From Candidatus Obscuribacteraceae bacterium (GTDB lineage: Bacteria > Cyanobacteriota > Vampirovibrionia > Obscuribacterales > Obscuribacteraceae), in contig JBGAHS010000001.1 in assembly GCA_044226015.1 (NCBI GenBank), positions 1,248,001-1,312,000 on the forward strand: DNA of 64,000 nt, read 5' to 3'. The notes beneath the pieces are model-generated. The model saw nothing but the letters and a program-made list of their open reading frames with translations. It was not told the origin of the DNA and searched no databases. The position numbers were made by a program, and so were the translations under genes. How positions within the stretch are numbered: position 1 is the first letter of the stretch; every line of letters begins with the position of its first letter. Below are positions 9,087 to 18,934 of this stretch, piece by piece.

Positions 9087-10345
9087 ACAAGATCCTCCCC
9101 GAGCCCGTTCGCTAGCTCTCGAAGGGACTCAAGATCTACCTTTGAGTATATTCGGGTAGAATCGGCTGAACGGTGACCAACATAATCGCCAATTTGCTTG
9201 AAGGAGAATTGTGCTTCCACAAGTCTTTGCACACACGTATGCCTCAGAGTGTGCGAGCCGCTTCTTGGGACATCGATACCGGCTCTCCGCAAATAATACG
9301 ATGTTCGACAAGAAACACCCTGCCACGTCAAAGGAGCGAGTGGTGCAAGAACATGGAGGAAAATATGTCGCTCAGTTGTTTTTGGACGATCCTTTTTGAG
9401 ATACTCAAGTATCGCATCGCCACAGACTTTGGAAAGCGGATAAGCAGTTGAATGGCCAGCCTTCCGTTCTGGAATTCGCAATCGCTCAGCCTTCCAATCG
9501 ATGTCATCCAACGTAATAGCCGCTACTTCACGAGCGCGCAGTCCGTATGTCACGAGTAACAGAAGGATTGCATAGTCGCGCCTTCCAACAGATGTTCGCA
9601 AATCAACAGACTCTAGCATAAGTCGGACTTGATCCCACGTAATCGACCTCGGATAATCAGCGTGCTTGTACTTTTGAGGAGACTCCAGCGCTGTGCTTAG
9701 GTCCCTGTCAATTAAGCGCTCCCTGTATAGATACCTCAATAAAACTCTCACTGCGCTCGTAACGCTAACGAGGCAAGATTTTCCCATTTGATCTTTGATA
9801 TCTACAACAAAGCCACTAAGTATGGCTGGAGAAAGCTCATTGACGTGCTTTACTTTTATTCGCTCTAAATAGGTTTGAAAGATACGCAAAGCATAATCGT
9901 AAAGACGCACCGTCCACTTGCTCAACCCTCGTTCATCTTGCAAGTACTTGAAGAACATGTCTGTGAACTCAAAGCTCGGTGCCGCACTGTAGCGAGTTCG
10001 AGTGATGCATACATAGTCGGGTAAGACAACCTTGATCATTTGTCGCAGTGGACCGCTAACTTCCTTCATTAGGGCGACTTGCCTGTATTTGCTTCGGTTG
10101 CTTTTACTTTGTTCTTGGTGACGAGCGAACTCCATGATGAAAGGTGGTAGATCCGAGATGCTCTTGGCGCCCCGCTCTTGAGCATAGTTGGCGAAATTGA
10201 TTAGTATTGGTACTCGACGTGTAATCGTTTTTGCAGAATAGCCTCTTTCTTCGAGCCATTTTACGTAAAGCTCGATGCTATCTGAAATCCAACACTGCTT
10301 TATTCGATCAACTGTTTGGGGTTTTAAGAAGTAGCGTTCTAACAT
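9083..10345 (-). CDS. ritA: Tyrosine recombinase, first gene of the RIT trio
   Basis: YGLRARE, HTLRHT, VGH..TRIY. Start moved to MLERYF (ATG at 10345), which has an AAGGAG RBS. Confidence 0.9.
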   Translation of the reverse strand: MLERYFLKPQTVDRIKQCWISDSIELYVKWLEERGYSAKTITRRVPILINFANYAQERGAKSISDLPPFIMEFARHQEQSKSNRSKYRQVALMKEVSGPLRQMIKVVLPDYVCITRTRYSAAPSFEFTDMFFKYLQDERGLSKWTVRLYDYALRIFQTYLERIKVKHVNELSPAILSGFVVDIKDQMGKSCLVSVTSAVRVLLRYLYRERLIDRDLSTALESPQKYKHADYPRSITWDQVRLMLESVDLRTSVGRRDYAILLLLVTYGLRAREVAAITLDDIDWKAERLRIPERKAGHSTAYPLSKVCGDAILEYLKKDRPKTTERHIFLHVLAPLAPLTWQGVSCRTSYYLRRAGIDVPRSGSHTLRHTCVQRLVEAQFSFKQIGDYVGHRSADSTRIYSKVDLESLRELANGLGEDLV

Positions 10346-10508
10346 GACAATCTCCTTTCGAAACGGTTCCGAAGAAGATATGCCGCAACCAAAGCAAAAA
10401 TTATGTGTCCCAAAACTCAATAGAGACTGACGCTTCTGCGTGCGGTCGCAACAAAAGGAACATAATCAAGAAGGGCACAAAAGCCAGATTATGTTTCGTG
10501 GAACATAA

Positions 10509-10951
10509 TCTGGCACGATCGCCTGCGGGCAACCGCCGAAATACTCAAACGCATGCGCTTGTCCTGTGCACCAGCTTTGAGCTGTTTCTCCAAAGAACAG
10601 CTCAGCATAAGAATAATTGCTTGCACCGAGTGTGCAGACAAAAAGTTTGGCATCGCGCGTCACTCCTGTTTCCGGATCGGTGATTGCGAGCGTGCCACCT
10701 GAAAAATCGGAGAAAGCTTTGTCACCACCGCTGTGGTCTTGCTTCATCGTCAGATTGCGTTCCGAAGACCAGCGCCGAAAATACTCGGTGAACTGTGTGT
10801 ACTCATAGCCATTTGGATTCTGTTGCTTGTATTCAAGCCACAACAGGCTCAGTGTCACACCTTTTCGTTTTCGCTCCTGGTAAACATGATCAAAATCAGG
10901 CAGTGGTCTCGCCTCTCGCTCGTTCTCTGTGAGCTTGGGATAAAGCAACAA
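10509..10951 (-). pseudogene. istA: IS21 istA transposase fragment, 5' part
   Basis: LLWLEYK..GYEYTQF..DFSG..LFVCTLGASNYSYAE..FGGCPQAIVPD. N-terminal HTH is not seen. Confidence 0.88.
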
Positions 10952-11122
10952 GTAGTTGCACAGAGCCAGGATGTAGATTCTTCTTCAGGGCAAGCCCTAG
11001 CAAGAATGCAGATTTCATCGAAATGGTCGTGCACGGCTGCACTGTTCGTATCAACCATGGATCGGATTTCACGCTTTTGGACCGAATACTTAGTTTCTTG
11101 TTTCTTTGCGGAAAGAAGAATG

Positions 11123-12274
11123 CTAATGCTTTTGAAACTCGATTTTGCGAATACGCCAGTAACCATCTATTTTCAGCAATACAAACGTGATTAAACCAAA
11201 ACTCTCTTTGAAGAAGCACTTGCTATCGACGAAAACCCTCACCATGTTGGGAAGCGACATCTGAATCTTAAATCCGGTAGGATTCATGATTCTTCTTCCT
11301 GTTTCAAGGTCAATAATGCATGGATCTAAACTCCTAACGGGCGCGGCATTACTTGTGGCGCGCTCTTGCTTCAGTGAATGCAGTATGAGTTCATTTGCTG
11401 ACGTTGCACCAAAAAGGCGTAACGCTGTCTTTCTATCCAAATTCTTCATCAGAACTTGATTAATAGAAATGTTAGGTGCTAGTACCGAGGAAAAATCTCT
11501 TGCGTCCGAGCGGGTTGCCACGATATCAAAAAACTCAACAATGCAGTCCATTGCGCTCGCCAAGGAGGCTCCCTTCTGGTCGATTTCAAGGCTGGTCAAA
11601 TCATTTCCACTGGTTGTTCTTTGAAAAGTGAGCGACACTGGAGTTCCGATTTTTAGCCATTCCAGATTGTAAACTGAAAGATATTTCTGTGCGTTCAAAA
11701 CTACAATCGTATTCGTAGAATCGAGAATTTCAATTTGGCTTATTTTTATATTTGAATTTTCTGCATCGGTCCTAATCGAAGCTATGACGCCGGATACAGC
11801 ATTTGGCTCAAGACTCTCAATTGTGCTATGAGGAAGGTAGTACGCAATGCCTGCTGACACCAACGAATAGTAAATAAGCAAAGATGTACGCTTTTTGGGA
11901 AAGTATTTGGTGACATAAACCACGGCTTCCGGCTCTTCGGCGTCTGCAAGTAAGCCGAAGAGCAAACTGTTAGCAAAAGTCGCATATACAGAAAAGATTG
12001 GCACAAAACAGTTTCGCTTAGGTGCTAAAAAAATTGCTACTGCAGAGCAAATGCTCCAAAATTGCAATGTATATAAAACGATGGTCGAAGATTCCTGCCA
12101 ACGAAGATTTGCCGCGATAACATACGTGGTGCCAGCTATTGGAGCGATAAGCATGTACCAGCAGTAAGCGCTACTTATTTTGGCTACTTTTCCTTTCCAT
12201 AGCTGCCATCCAGTGGCGAGAACGGGTAGCAATAAAGCCGCCCAGCCCAACAATGCTCTGACTATTGAATCCAT
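11123..12274 (-). CDS. Membrane protein; partner of cassette 3
   Basis: Start MDSIVRALLGW just after the cassette 3 stop; several hydrophobic helices followed by a soluble domain. Confidence 0.6.
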   Translation of the reverse strand: MDSIVRALLGWAALLLPVLATGWQLWKGKVAKISSAYCWYMLIAPIAGTTYVIAANLRWQESSTIVLYTLQFWSICSAVAIFLAPKRNCFVPIFSVYATFANSLLFGLLADAEEPEAVVYVTKYFPKKRTSLLIYYSLVSAGIAYYLPHSTIESLEPNAVSGVIASIRTDAENSNIKISQIEILDSTNTIVVLNAQKYLSVYNLEWLKIGTPVSLTFQRTTSGNDLTSLEIDQKGASLASAMDCIVEFFDIVATRSDARDFSSVLAPNISINQVLMKNLDRKTALRLFGATSANELILHSLKQERATSNAAPVRSLDPCIIDLETGRRIMNPTGFKIQMSLPNMVRVFVDSKCFFKESFGLITFVLLKIDGYWRIRKIEFQKH

Positions 12275-12290
12275 TCTTACGAGCCTTTTC

Positions 12291-13529
12291 TTAACCGTAA
12301 CCGAAACGAATGCCTTTTCCGTAATTTTTCGTATGGGGAATTCCTTCTGGATTCCAGGGGTGGTCAATGACAGGAGGCAGTGGTGACTTGCCCTTGCAAT
12401 CAGCAGGGTCTTCTGGTTCCGCGCCTGTCCCAGGTCCGCCTGGAGACCATGGGATAGAAGCCCCAGGAGCAAATCGATTGGGATACCCGATTCCAACTGA
12501 TTTAAGTAAATACGGCCATATTTGATTACTGGTAGTACCAGTACCGGTAACTCCTGGTACCAATTGATAAGGGTGCGGATGTTCCAGAAAGTACGCCTGC
12601 AATATAAAAGCCCGATGGATTAACTCATTTATTTGGGCGTCGGTTGCTTCGAGCGGTTCAGGATCTAATCCGCCCCATAGATTAGTTCCAGGCCGTTTAA
12701 CATCATTTCTAATCGTAACTCTCATGTTTCCAGTGAAATTAGAACCATACATTCCGTTAATGGCCCATTTTGTGCCATCGGTTCTTTCTATGTAGATTCC
12801 TGTATGGATGCTAAAAATGATGTTGTATAAATAAATCTTATCGAGCCCCATGGGGTCGATGGAGCTGATTGGGTTTCCATCCACGTAGCCATATAAATTT
12901 CCATTACCTTTGGGGTCTCTACTAAGCCATCTTCCTAAACCTGCGTTGTATTGCCGAAAGAGGGTTAAGTCGAACCCTGACCTCTGGTTTATGTACATCC
13001 CAGCATATTGAAAATCCGCGTCCTGACTGCCAGCAATCCGAGTGACCTGTCCATAAGGACTATAGCCATACTGAGCTTCTATGGTAGTGGTCCCACTGTT
13101 CGTCTTAGTCATTTCTCTTATGGACCCCAAATGATCCCCGGTGTAAAAGTAGGTGGTAGGCGTTGAGCTTGCAAAGTTGACCTGCCCCCCGTCAAAGAAC
13201 TGCTTTCCATTACTCAAGCTACCAGATATATCCCGCTCCTCGCATCTTGCTGTGTCACACCAAATGTGTTGCAGCGTCGACGTGACACTACCTGCGGTTC
13301 GCTCTTCGATCTTCGTAGCGCGAGAGAAGACATCATACGAAAATTGGGTGTTATTTCCCGAGCCCGGATAAGTAATCTGAATCAGCCTGTTTTCGGCATC
13401 CCAGGAGTAGGTGTTTGTTCCGTCGCTCGTCATATTGCCATTCGCGTCGTATTGCAGTGTTGCAGATGACGCCGAGTTGATGGTTATCGGATACGAATTG
13501 GTTGCCGCTGTGCCGCCGCCACTTGCCAC
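12291..13529 (-). CDS. Orphan RHS cassette 3, carrying extra upstream main-gene sequence
   Basis: 13331-13523 is near-identical to 29571-29763. DPMG is followed by a tip of unknown function. Confidence 0.85.
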   Translation of the reverse strand: MASGGGTAATNSYPITINSASSATLQYDANGNMTSDGTNTYSWDAENRLIQITYPGSGNNTQFSYDVFSRATKIEERTAGSVTSTLQHIWCDTARCEERDISGSLSNGKQFFDGGQVNFASSTPTTYFYTGDHLGSIREMTKTNSGTTTIEAQYGYSPYGQVTRIAGSQDADFQYAGMYINQRSGFDLTLFRQYNAGLGRWLSRDPKGNGNLYGYVDGNPISSIDPMGLDKIYLYNIIFSIHTGIYIERTDGTKWAINGMYGSNFTGNMRVTIRNDVKRPGTNLWGGLDPEPLEATDAQINELIHRAFILQAYFLEHPHPYQLVPGVTGTGTTSNQIWPYLLKSVGIGYPNRFAPGASIPWSPGGPGTGAEPEDPADCKGKSPLPPVIDHPWNPEGIPHTKNYGKGIRFGYG

Positions 13530-13597
13530 GTTGCCCGGAGTCGCACTAATGTATTGCGTTTCTCGCTTGTTTCATAATAGCCGACTTGGTAGCAATC

Positions 13598-14068
13598 TCA
13601 TTCATCACTGGTGCTGCTATTTACTAGAGCAAAGTAATGTTTGCCTTCCTGTTGCCCGCCATAGAATAGAGCGACAGTCGCTCCAGGAGTGAGACTCTTG
13701 CTCGTTATCAGAAATCCGTATTTTGTGAAACCATCCACTTCCACCAGATAGCCTTCTTTGACCTGCTTCACAACAGTTCCGCCATAGAGTTTCTCCCATT
13801 CCACTTTGCCGGGTTTGAACAGCTCGACCGGCAATCCCACGCTTTTTCGGTGGGCAAAAAGAGCAGAATGACAGGACAGGCACAGAACTGAGATAGGGTT
13901 GACTTCACCGGGTTTGTGCCACAAGTTATCGATACAGGCTCTACAGAATAGTACTGTATCGCTTGTGGAGCAATGATATGCATGTATCCAGAGAAAGCAC
14001 TGATAACAAATTGTCGGATCTGGCTCTTGTTCCCCAGGGGTACACATGATGCAAAAATTAGTTCTCAC
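13598..14068 (-). CDS. CxxC-rich protein; partner of cassette 4
   Basis: Four CxxC pairs then a beta-rich C-terminus; starts immediately after the cassette 4 stop. Confidence 0.55.
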   Translation of the reverse strand: MRTNFCIMCTPGEQEPDPTICYQCFLWIHAYHCSTSDTVLFCRACIDNLWHKPGEVNPISVLCLSCHSALFAHRKSVGLPVELFKPGKVEWEKLYGGTVVKQVKEGYLVEVDGFTKYGFLITSKSLTPGATVALFYGGQQEGKHYFALVNSSTSDE

Positions 14069-14069
14069 T

Positions 14070-14966
14070 CTAGGAAGCCTTCCTTAACGGTGGTCGAGGT
14101 TTGAATGGTTTTACGTTGTCTGGTTTGGGAGCCGGCTCTCCGCCATCTCCATCTGGGTTAGGCGGTTTGGGTGAGAAGTGGTTGGCGCAATCATTCAAGC
14201 ACTTGCCGTAGGCTCCCTCAACCGCAGTCAAGCAGTTCATTTTCCAAAACGGATTGTGCGGGCACTCATTTTCGCATTTCTTGTTTAGCTCATTTTTCGC
14301 CTTGTCACATGATGCCAGGCAACCTTCTAGGGTTCCCCTAAAATCAGGAAAAATTTTGACTTCGAAGTAAGCCCTTGCAACTTCTTTGCCCCTAACGAAC
14401 ATGTGTGCTCTCGTTAGCTCCCATCCACCAGCACTGGGAGCAGTTCCTAGTGGGTCGGTTTCTAAGGTCGGCGTGTTTTCTCCATACGAATAGAGGTTCA
14501 TTCCGCCATGCTCATCAATAGGGTCTCTATTTACAAATCTCGCAAGATTAGGATTATAAGCCCTGAATACCGGCATGTTAAACAAGCTTCTAGTGTGGAA
14601 GTAATACTCAGCATACTGAAAGTCAGCATTCTGACTGCCAGCCAGCTTGGTAGCTTGACCATAAGGGTCATATCCGTACTGAGCTTCTATTGTTGTACTT
14701 CCAGCAGCAGTCTTAGTCATCTCGCGAACAGAACCTAAGTGATCTGCGGTGTAAAAATAGCTTGCCCCTATGCCGCTGTCGAAATTAATCTGACCAAGTG
14801 CCAGCAATCGCTTGCCATTACTCAAACTACCAGTGCCATCTCTTTCCTCGCACCTAGCCGATCCACACCACAAATGTTGCTTTGTCGACGTAACACTGCC
14901 ACCCGTGCGCTCCTCAATTTTCGTGGCGCGCGAAAGTGCATCATACGAAAATTGGGTGATGTTTCC
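14070..14966 (-). CDS. Orphan RHS cassette 4; Cys-rich tip
   Basis: Conserved site, DHLGS, RFVNRDP, DPLG. Tip CLASC..CENEC..CLNDC. Confidence 0.85.
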   Translation of the reverse strand, partial: GNITQFSYDALSRATKIEERTGGSVTSTKQHLWCGSARCEERDGTGSLSNGKRLLALGQINFDSGIGASYFYTADHLGSVREMTKTAAGSTTIEAQYGYDPYGQATKLAGSQNADFQYAEYYFHTRSLFNMPVFRAYNPNLARFVNRDPIDEHGGMNLYSYGENTPTLETDPLGTAPSAGGWELTRAHMFVRGKEVARAYFEVKIFPDFRGTLEGCLASCDKAKNELNKKCENECPHNPFWKMNCLTAVEGAYGKCLNDCANHFSPKPPNPDGDGGEPAPKPDNVKPFKPRPPLRKAS

Positions 14967-15002
14967 AGGATTCTTCTGCAAAATCCTGGCTTTGTTACAA
15001 CG

Positions 15003-15350
15003 CTATGACCTGAAAGAAAGTACCACAAGGTAACTTAGTATTGAGTAGAAAATGAGAAGGATGATCCACAGCCAGCGTGGCGCTTTCGGATGGAAAATGA
15101 ATATAGCTGCAATTAAGTGTGTTGCTAACCACACAACGCGGCATGTAGCGGATGCTTGAAACCCTAGCACAAAGGTGAGGCAAACAGAAGCTGGATTGAA
15201 ATACCCAAGTAAATCTCCAAAAGCTATATTGCCAAAATGGTAGACCACTCCTGCACCTAATGCCGTGCCCAGGTAATTGCTTAAGAGTACAAACGCGAAC
15301 TTACTTAGCAAATTAGTTGGGGAGAATGATTGTTGTGTCAGCTTCTTCAT
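15003..15350 (-). CDS. Small membrane protein; partner of cassette 5
   Basis: Hydrophobic ORF starting 5 bp after the cassette 5 tip stop. Confidence 0.55.
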   Translation of the reverse strand: MKKLTQQSFSPTNLLSKFAFVLLSNYLGTALGAGVVYHFGNIAFGDLLGYFNPASVCLTFVLGFQASATCRVVWLATHLIAAIFIFHPKAPRWLWIILLIFYSILSYLVVLSFRS

Positions 15351-15355
15351 ACTGC

Positions 15356-16300
15356 TTAGTGTATCGGCCAAGGTCCGGACGGAAGGGGATATTGAGGTTG
15401 ATTTTTGATGAATACGTCTTTGTTATCGTTTGGAGGGAAGTCTTTGAACAAAATGATCTGAGCACCTGGGTCACCAATTTCATATCCATATTTATTAAAT
15501 GCACCGGAGAGGCAATCACCTAGTTTCTTATCACAGTCCTTCCTTTTTCCACGCCTGCAGTCGTCTTTCTCTCCGGCCGCATTGTGTAAGCAGACGTCGT
15601 GATAGTAATAACACCAGTCTCGCGCATCCAAAGGGCGGCGTCATCCCTTCTGCCCTTCATGAGGAAATTTTCCGAGTTCGCCACCGATAGGATGTCCGCC
15701 GTTCGCTAGTCCTTGTCCTCCCCATTCTCCATAATTAAACTCGCGAAAATCAAACCCCTGCTTGTAAAATTGTCCCTCATCTTTAGGCATAAATCCAATC
15801 GGATCTGTGAGCTGGGTGGGACTATTAGCCACATAGGCGAACAGATTGACTCCGCCTCGCTCGCTTATGGGGTCGCGATTTATGAACCTTCCAAGCAAAG
15901 GACTATAGAGTCTGTAAATTGGTTTGCAAAGTTTGCTTCGCTGATGAATGAAGTAACCCGCAAACCGAAAGTCGGATTCCTCCAACCCGGAAATCTTCGT
16001 GGATTCACCAAATGGTGAATAGTAATACTGAGCCTGAATTACGCCTGCGCTATTTGTCATTTCTCGTACGGACTTGATGTGATCAAGGGAATATAAATAA
16101 TTCGTTGCACTAACACTTATGTTTAATTGAGCCAGTCCGAAGAACTCTCTTGTCAGGCTACCGAATGCATCTCTTTCATCTATCCAATCAGCATCACACC
16201 ACAAATGTTGCTTCGTCGAAGTGGCACTGCCAACGGTGCGCTCCTCATTACCGTGGCGCGCAGAGAAGTGCATCCATACGAAAATTAGACGGTGTTTCTC
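15356..16300 (-). pseudogene. Orphan RHS cassette 5; phospholipase A2-like tip, degenerate site, in-frame TGA
   Basis: YGEWGGQG...PLDARDWCYYYHDVC...CDKKLGDCL. TGA at 15641-15643 is in frame with both ORF halves. The site region contains indels. Confidence 0.78.
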
Positions 16301-16382
16301 CTGTTGAATCTGATTGGATTTCAGAAGATCTGGAAAGAGAGTCGGCTTAAGTCACCAACAAAGTTTCTTAAGTTCAATGTCA

Positions 16383-16527
16383 AGTCACTAATTTCGACTT
16401 GTCGACGACATGGGATTGATCCGTTCTCATCTTATTTAACTGCTGTCATCCAAAAACTTAGCCAAAACCCTTGCTTCCTTTCAACTGAAAACTTGATGAT
16501 TCGGGCGTCTAGATCCGGCGGTTTACC
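16383..16527 (+). mobile_element. IS66 tnpC C-terminal remnant
   Basis: SLISTCRRHGIDPFSSYLTAVIQKL, followed by a GGCGGTTTAC IS66-like end. Confidence 0.55.
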
Positions 16528-16779
16528 GAGTTAAAAAAACAAATTGATCTACGGTTAGATAAAGAATCGATGCCAGTGAGCACTGATATGTGTTTTGCAA
16601 TTCTCCTGCAAGTCACCGATGGCAGATAATCGTGCCACTTCTTATGGTGGCAGATTCTGTCCTCATCATTGCGTTAGCTTACGCATAAAAGCGGGAAAAT
16701 ATATAGAGGACTAACGACACTTTTATAATAGGAAAAGATCACATTCTCATTTGGCACCTCCCACCGGAGGAACAGCTTA

Positions 16780-17274
16780 ATGGCGACTCGCTCTAAACTT
16801 CTGTCCGGGAACATGCGCATGAACTCACAATATCTTACGACTTATAATTCCTGTTCAAAATATGAAGATTGCGGAACAGCAACGCAAAATCATGATGATT
16901 ACATAACAAAGACAAATTTTCACACAGAATTCATTAGAAATAAGTGGTTCAAATTTAGCTGCAAGAAATATGCAATTAAAAATGACCATTGCTACGAAAT
17001 GTATGCTGTGAGAATAACTTATGATGGGCAGCGAGCAATTTTTTCCCTCTATTCAGAGGAGGAAGAAATGTCTTTGGAAGCTTGCGTCGGAAGGGCTTCA
17101 GTCTACTCTAATAGAACCGTCGATGTGATTCCCAGATTGCTGCTTGAACTTCCAAAATATGACTGCTGGTTAGAGACTGGTTCTGAGGAAGGTATCGTAT
17201 CACTTGAGGCAAGTTCAGAGTTTGAAGGTAAGCTATCAGTTTTTGTAAGTCTCCCTGAGCTGGTAATTACGTGA
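16780..17274 (+). CDS. Hypothetical protein convergent with cassette 6; paralog of 38156-38839
   Basis: EEMSLEACVGRASVYSNRTVDVIPRLLL versus EVMVPIDQALSYARVHCGAAELIPRLLL. Confidence 0.6.
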   Translation: MATRSKLLSGNMRMNSQYLTTYNSCSKYEDCGTATQNHDDYITKTNFHTEFIRNKWFKFSCKKYAIKNDHCYEMYAVRITYDGQRAIFSLYSEEEEMSLEACVGRASVYSNRTVDVIPRLLLELPKYDCWLETGSEEGIVSLEASSEFEGKLSVFVSLPELVIT

Positions 17275-17381
17275 GCTGTTTGCCATTGGAAATTTCTGTG
17301 TGAAGGGCAAACAATGTCATCCTCCACCGATGGGACTGAGACAACCTCAATTGGAATTCGCAGGTATTTAATTCGTTGAAC

Positions 17382-18384
17382 CTATAGTTTGTAACCAGGA
17401 TCTCTAGGAAGTCTCCGAGGGGTTAGTCCCGGAAAATTCGGCAAATATTTAGATAGGGGTATGCCATTTGGATGCCGATCTTGTCCTTTCTTACAGGCGG
17501 CAACATCACTCGCGAAAGTAGCCTCGGCGTCATCCTCATAGACTGGTATCATTCCACAATTCATCTGCTTTCCCTTATTTATGAGATAGTTGAAGAAAGC
17601 TTTTAGCAAGCAGTAGTCAAAGCGCGAACGATATGTATCCGTAGGTTGGTCTAGCGAAGGGGCTCCGCCGCCGCCACCACCGCCGCCACCACCTCCGTCA
17701 TCGCAATCACCTTTGTCGTCGTCCTTCTCTTTGTCCTCGTCGTCCCCGCTATTGTGTGCTTCCCTGGATGAGGATTTGTTGGTGCGGGAGGTTCTTGTGG
17801 TTTTGACCTAGGAACTGGCATGGGACGAGTCATTAGCGGTGGCACCCGCATGGCTATTGTCACCCATCCGCTGGAGTCTTTAGATGAAACTGGGTTATTG
17901 TCTACGTATCCATAAAGGTTTACCCCGCCGTTTTCGCCAATCGAATCTCGATTGATGAACTTAGCTCCGTTCGCATTGTAAAATCGTGTGACCGTTGCGT
18001 ACAAAGACGATCTTGAATTCAGGTAATATCCAGCGTAGTATTGAAAAATCGAGTCTCCGGAGCCTTGATTTTTGTTTTGACTCCGTACGGATCATAGCTA
18101 CACTGCGTAATCACGCCACCGGTGGCGTCAATCATTTCTCTGATACTTCCGGGTGAAGCATCCAAAGTGTAGAAGTAATTACTTCCAACTCCGCTCACGA
18201 AGTTCCTTTGTCCCAGAGCCAAGAATAGCTTTCCGGTGCTTAAGGACCCTGTTGCGTCTCTCTCCTCTACTCTTTCAGAGCGACACCACAAATGTTGCTT
18301 CGCAGACGTGACACTGCCAGCGGTGCGCTCCTCGATTTTCGTGGCGCGCGAAATTGCATCATACGAAAATTGGGTGATGTTTCC
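17382..18384 (-). pseudogene. Orphan RHS cassette 6 (frameshifted); Pro/Asp/Gly linker plus tip
   Basis: Split over three ORFs; near-duplicate of cassette 12 up to the poly-Gly run. Confidence 0.85.
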
Positions 18385-18618
18385 AGTGGGATTTGATTGG
18401 ATTTCAGACCAGCCGGAAGAGTGTTGCTTAGATCTTTTTTTGCCGCAAGGCATTCAAAATCCAGCTACAGCCAAATTGTCTGGGATGCATAACTTCGGTA
18501 ATTCAGCTTTGACGAAGATAGCTTATGTGAGCATATGTTCCGAGATTTCAATAATAAAAGAAATACTTGCGCAAAAGCGCTTTAACCTTGTAAATATAGT
18601 ATCTGTCAACAGTCGGAG

Positions 18619-18909
18619 CTAGTCATTTGAAAATGATTTGAAAGACGACAAGACCTGTTCTAGATTCTTGGGGCCGCAAGCCGCATTGAAAAATCCGTCT
18701 TCAACCCAACAGTGAAACCAATCTGTATCGGTAGTTTCCACTCTTAAATCAGCAAACTCTCTATTCTCCAAGTTTGTGTCAGTTAATCTTATTTTTAATC
18801 TCCAGCCCGGATTATCGAGAGTGGAAATTTCGATACCATAATCGTGCTCCCATTCACCATTGCATTGTGCGGAATACCATTCTTGTAGGTAATTTAACGG
18901 CGAATCCAT
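18619..18909 (-). CDS. Imm53-like immunity protein
   Basis: LQEWYSAQCNGEWEHDYGIEISTLDNPGW motif; GGAGGA RBS before the ATG at 18909. Confidence 0.85.
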   Translation of the reverse strand: MDSPLNYLQEWYSAQCNGEWEHDYGIEISTLDNPGWRLKIRLTDTNLENREFADLRVETTDTDWFHCWVEDGFFNAACGPKNLEQVLSSFKSFSND

Positions 18910-18934
18910 TACTAGTCCTCCATATACCAATCTT

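Larger units (their letters stand above)
7011..10514 (-). mobile_element. RIT (recombinase-in-trio) element inserted in istA
   Basis: Three overlapping tyrosine recombinases; TCTGGC direct repeat at 7011-7016 and 10509-10514; 16-bp inverted repeat at 7011-7026/10473-10488. Confidence 0.88.

Noticed and set aside
7144..10345. RIT recombinases, or XerC at 49303-50274, as the cassette-shuffling enzyme
   Set aside because: The RIT is a discrete insertion with its own unrelated ends, and xerC sits among housekeeping genes. Action in trans is not excluded but has no support here.
15641..15643. Selenocysteine read-through of the TGA in the PLA2-like tip
   Set aside because: The position is not an expected Cys, no convincing SECIS was seen, and the cassette is otherwise decayed. 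A nonsense mutation is simpler.
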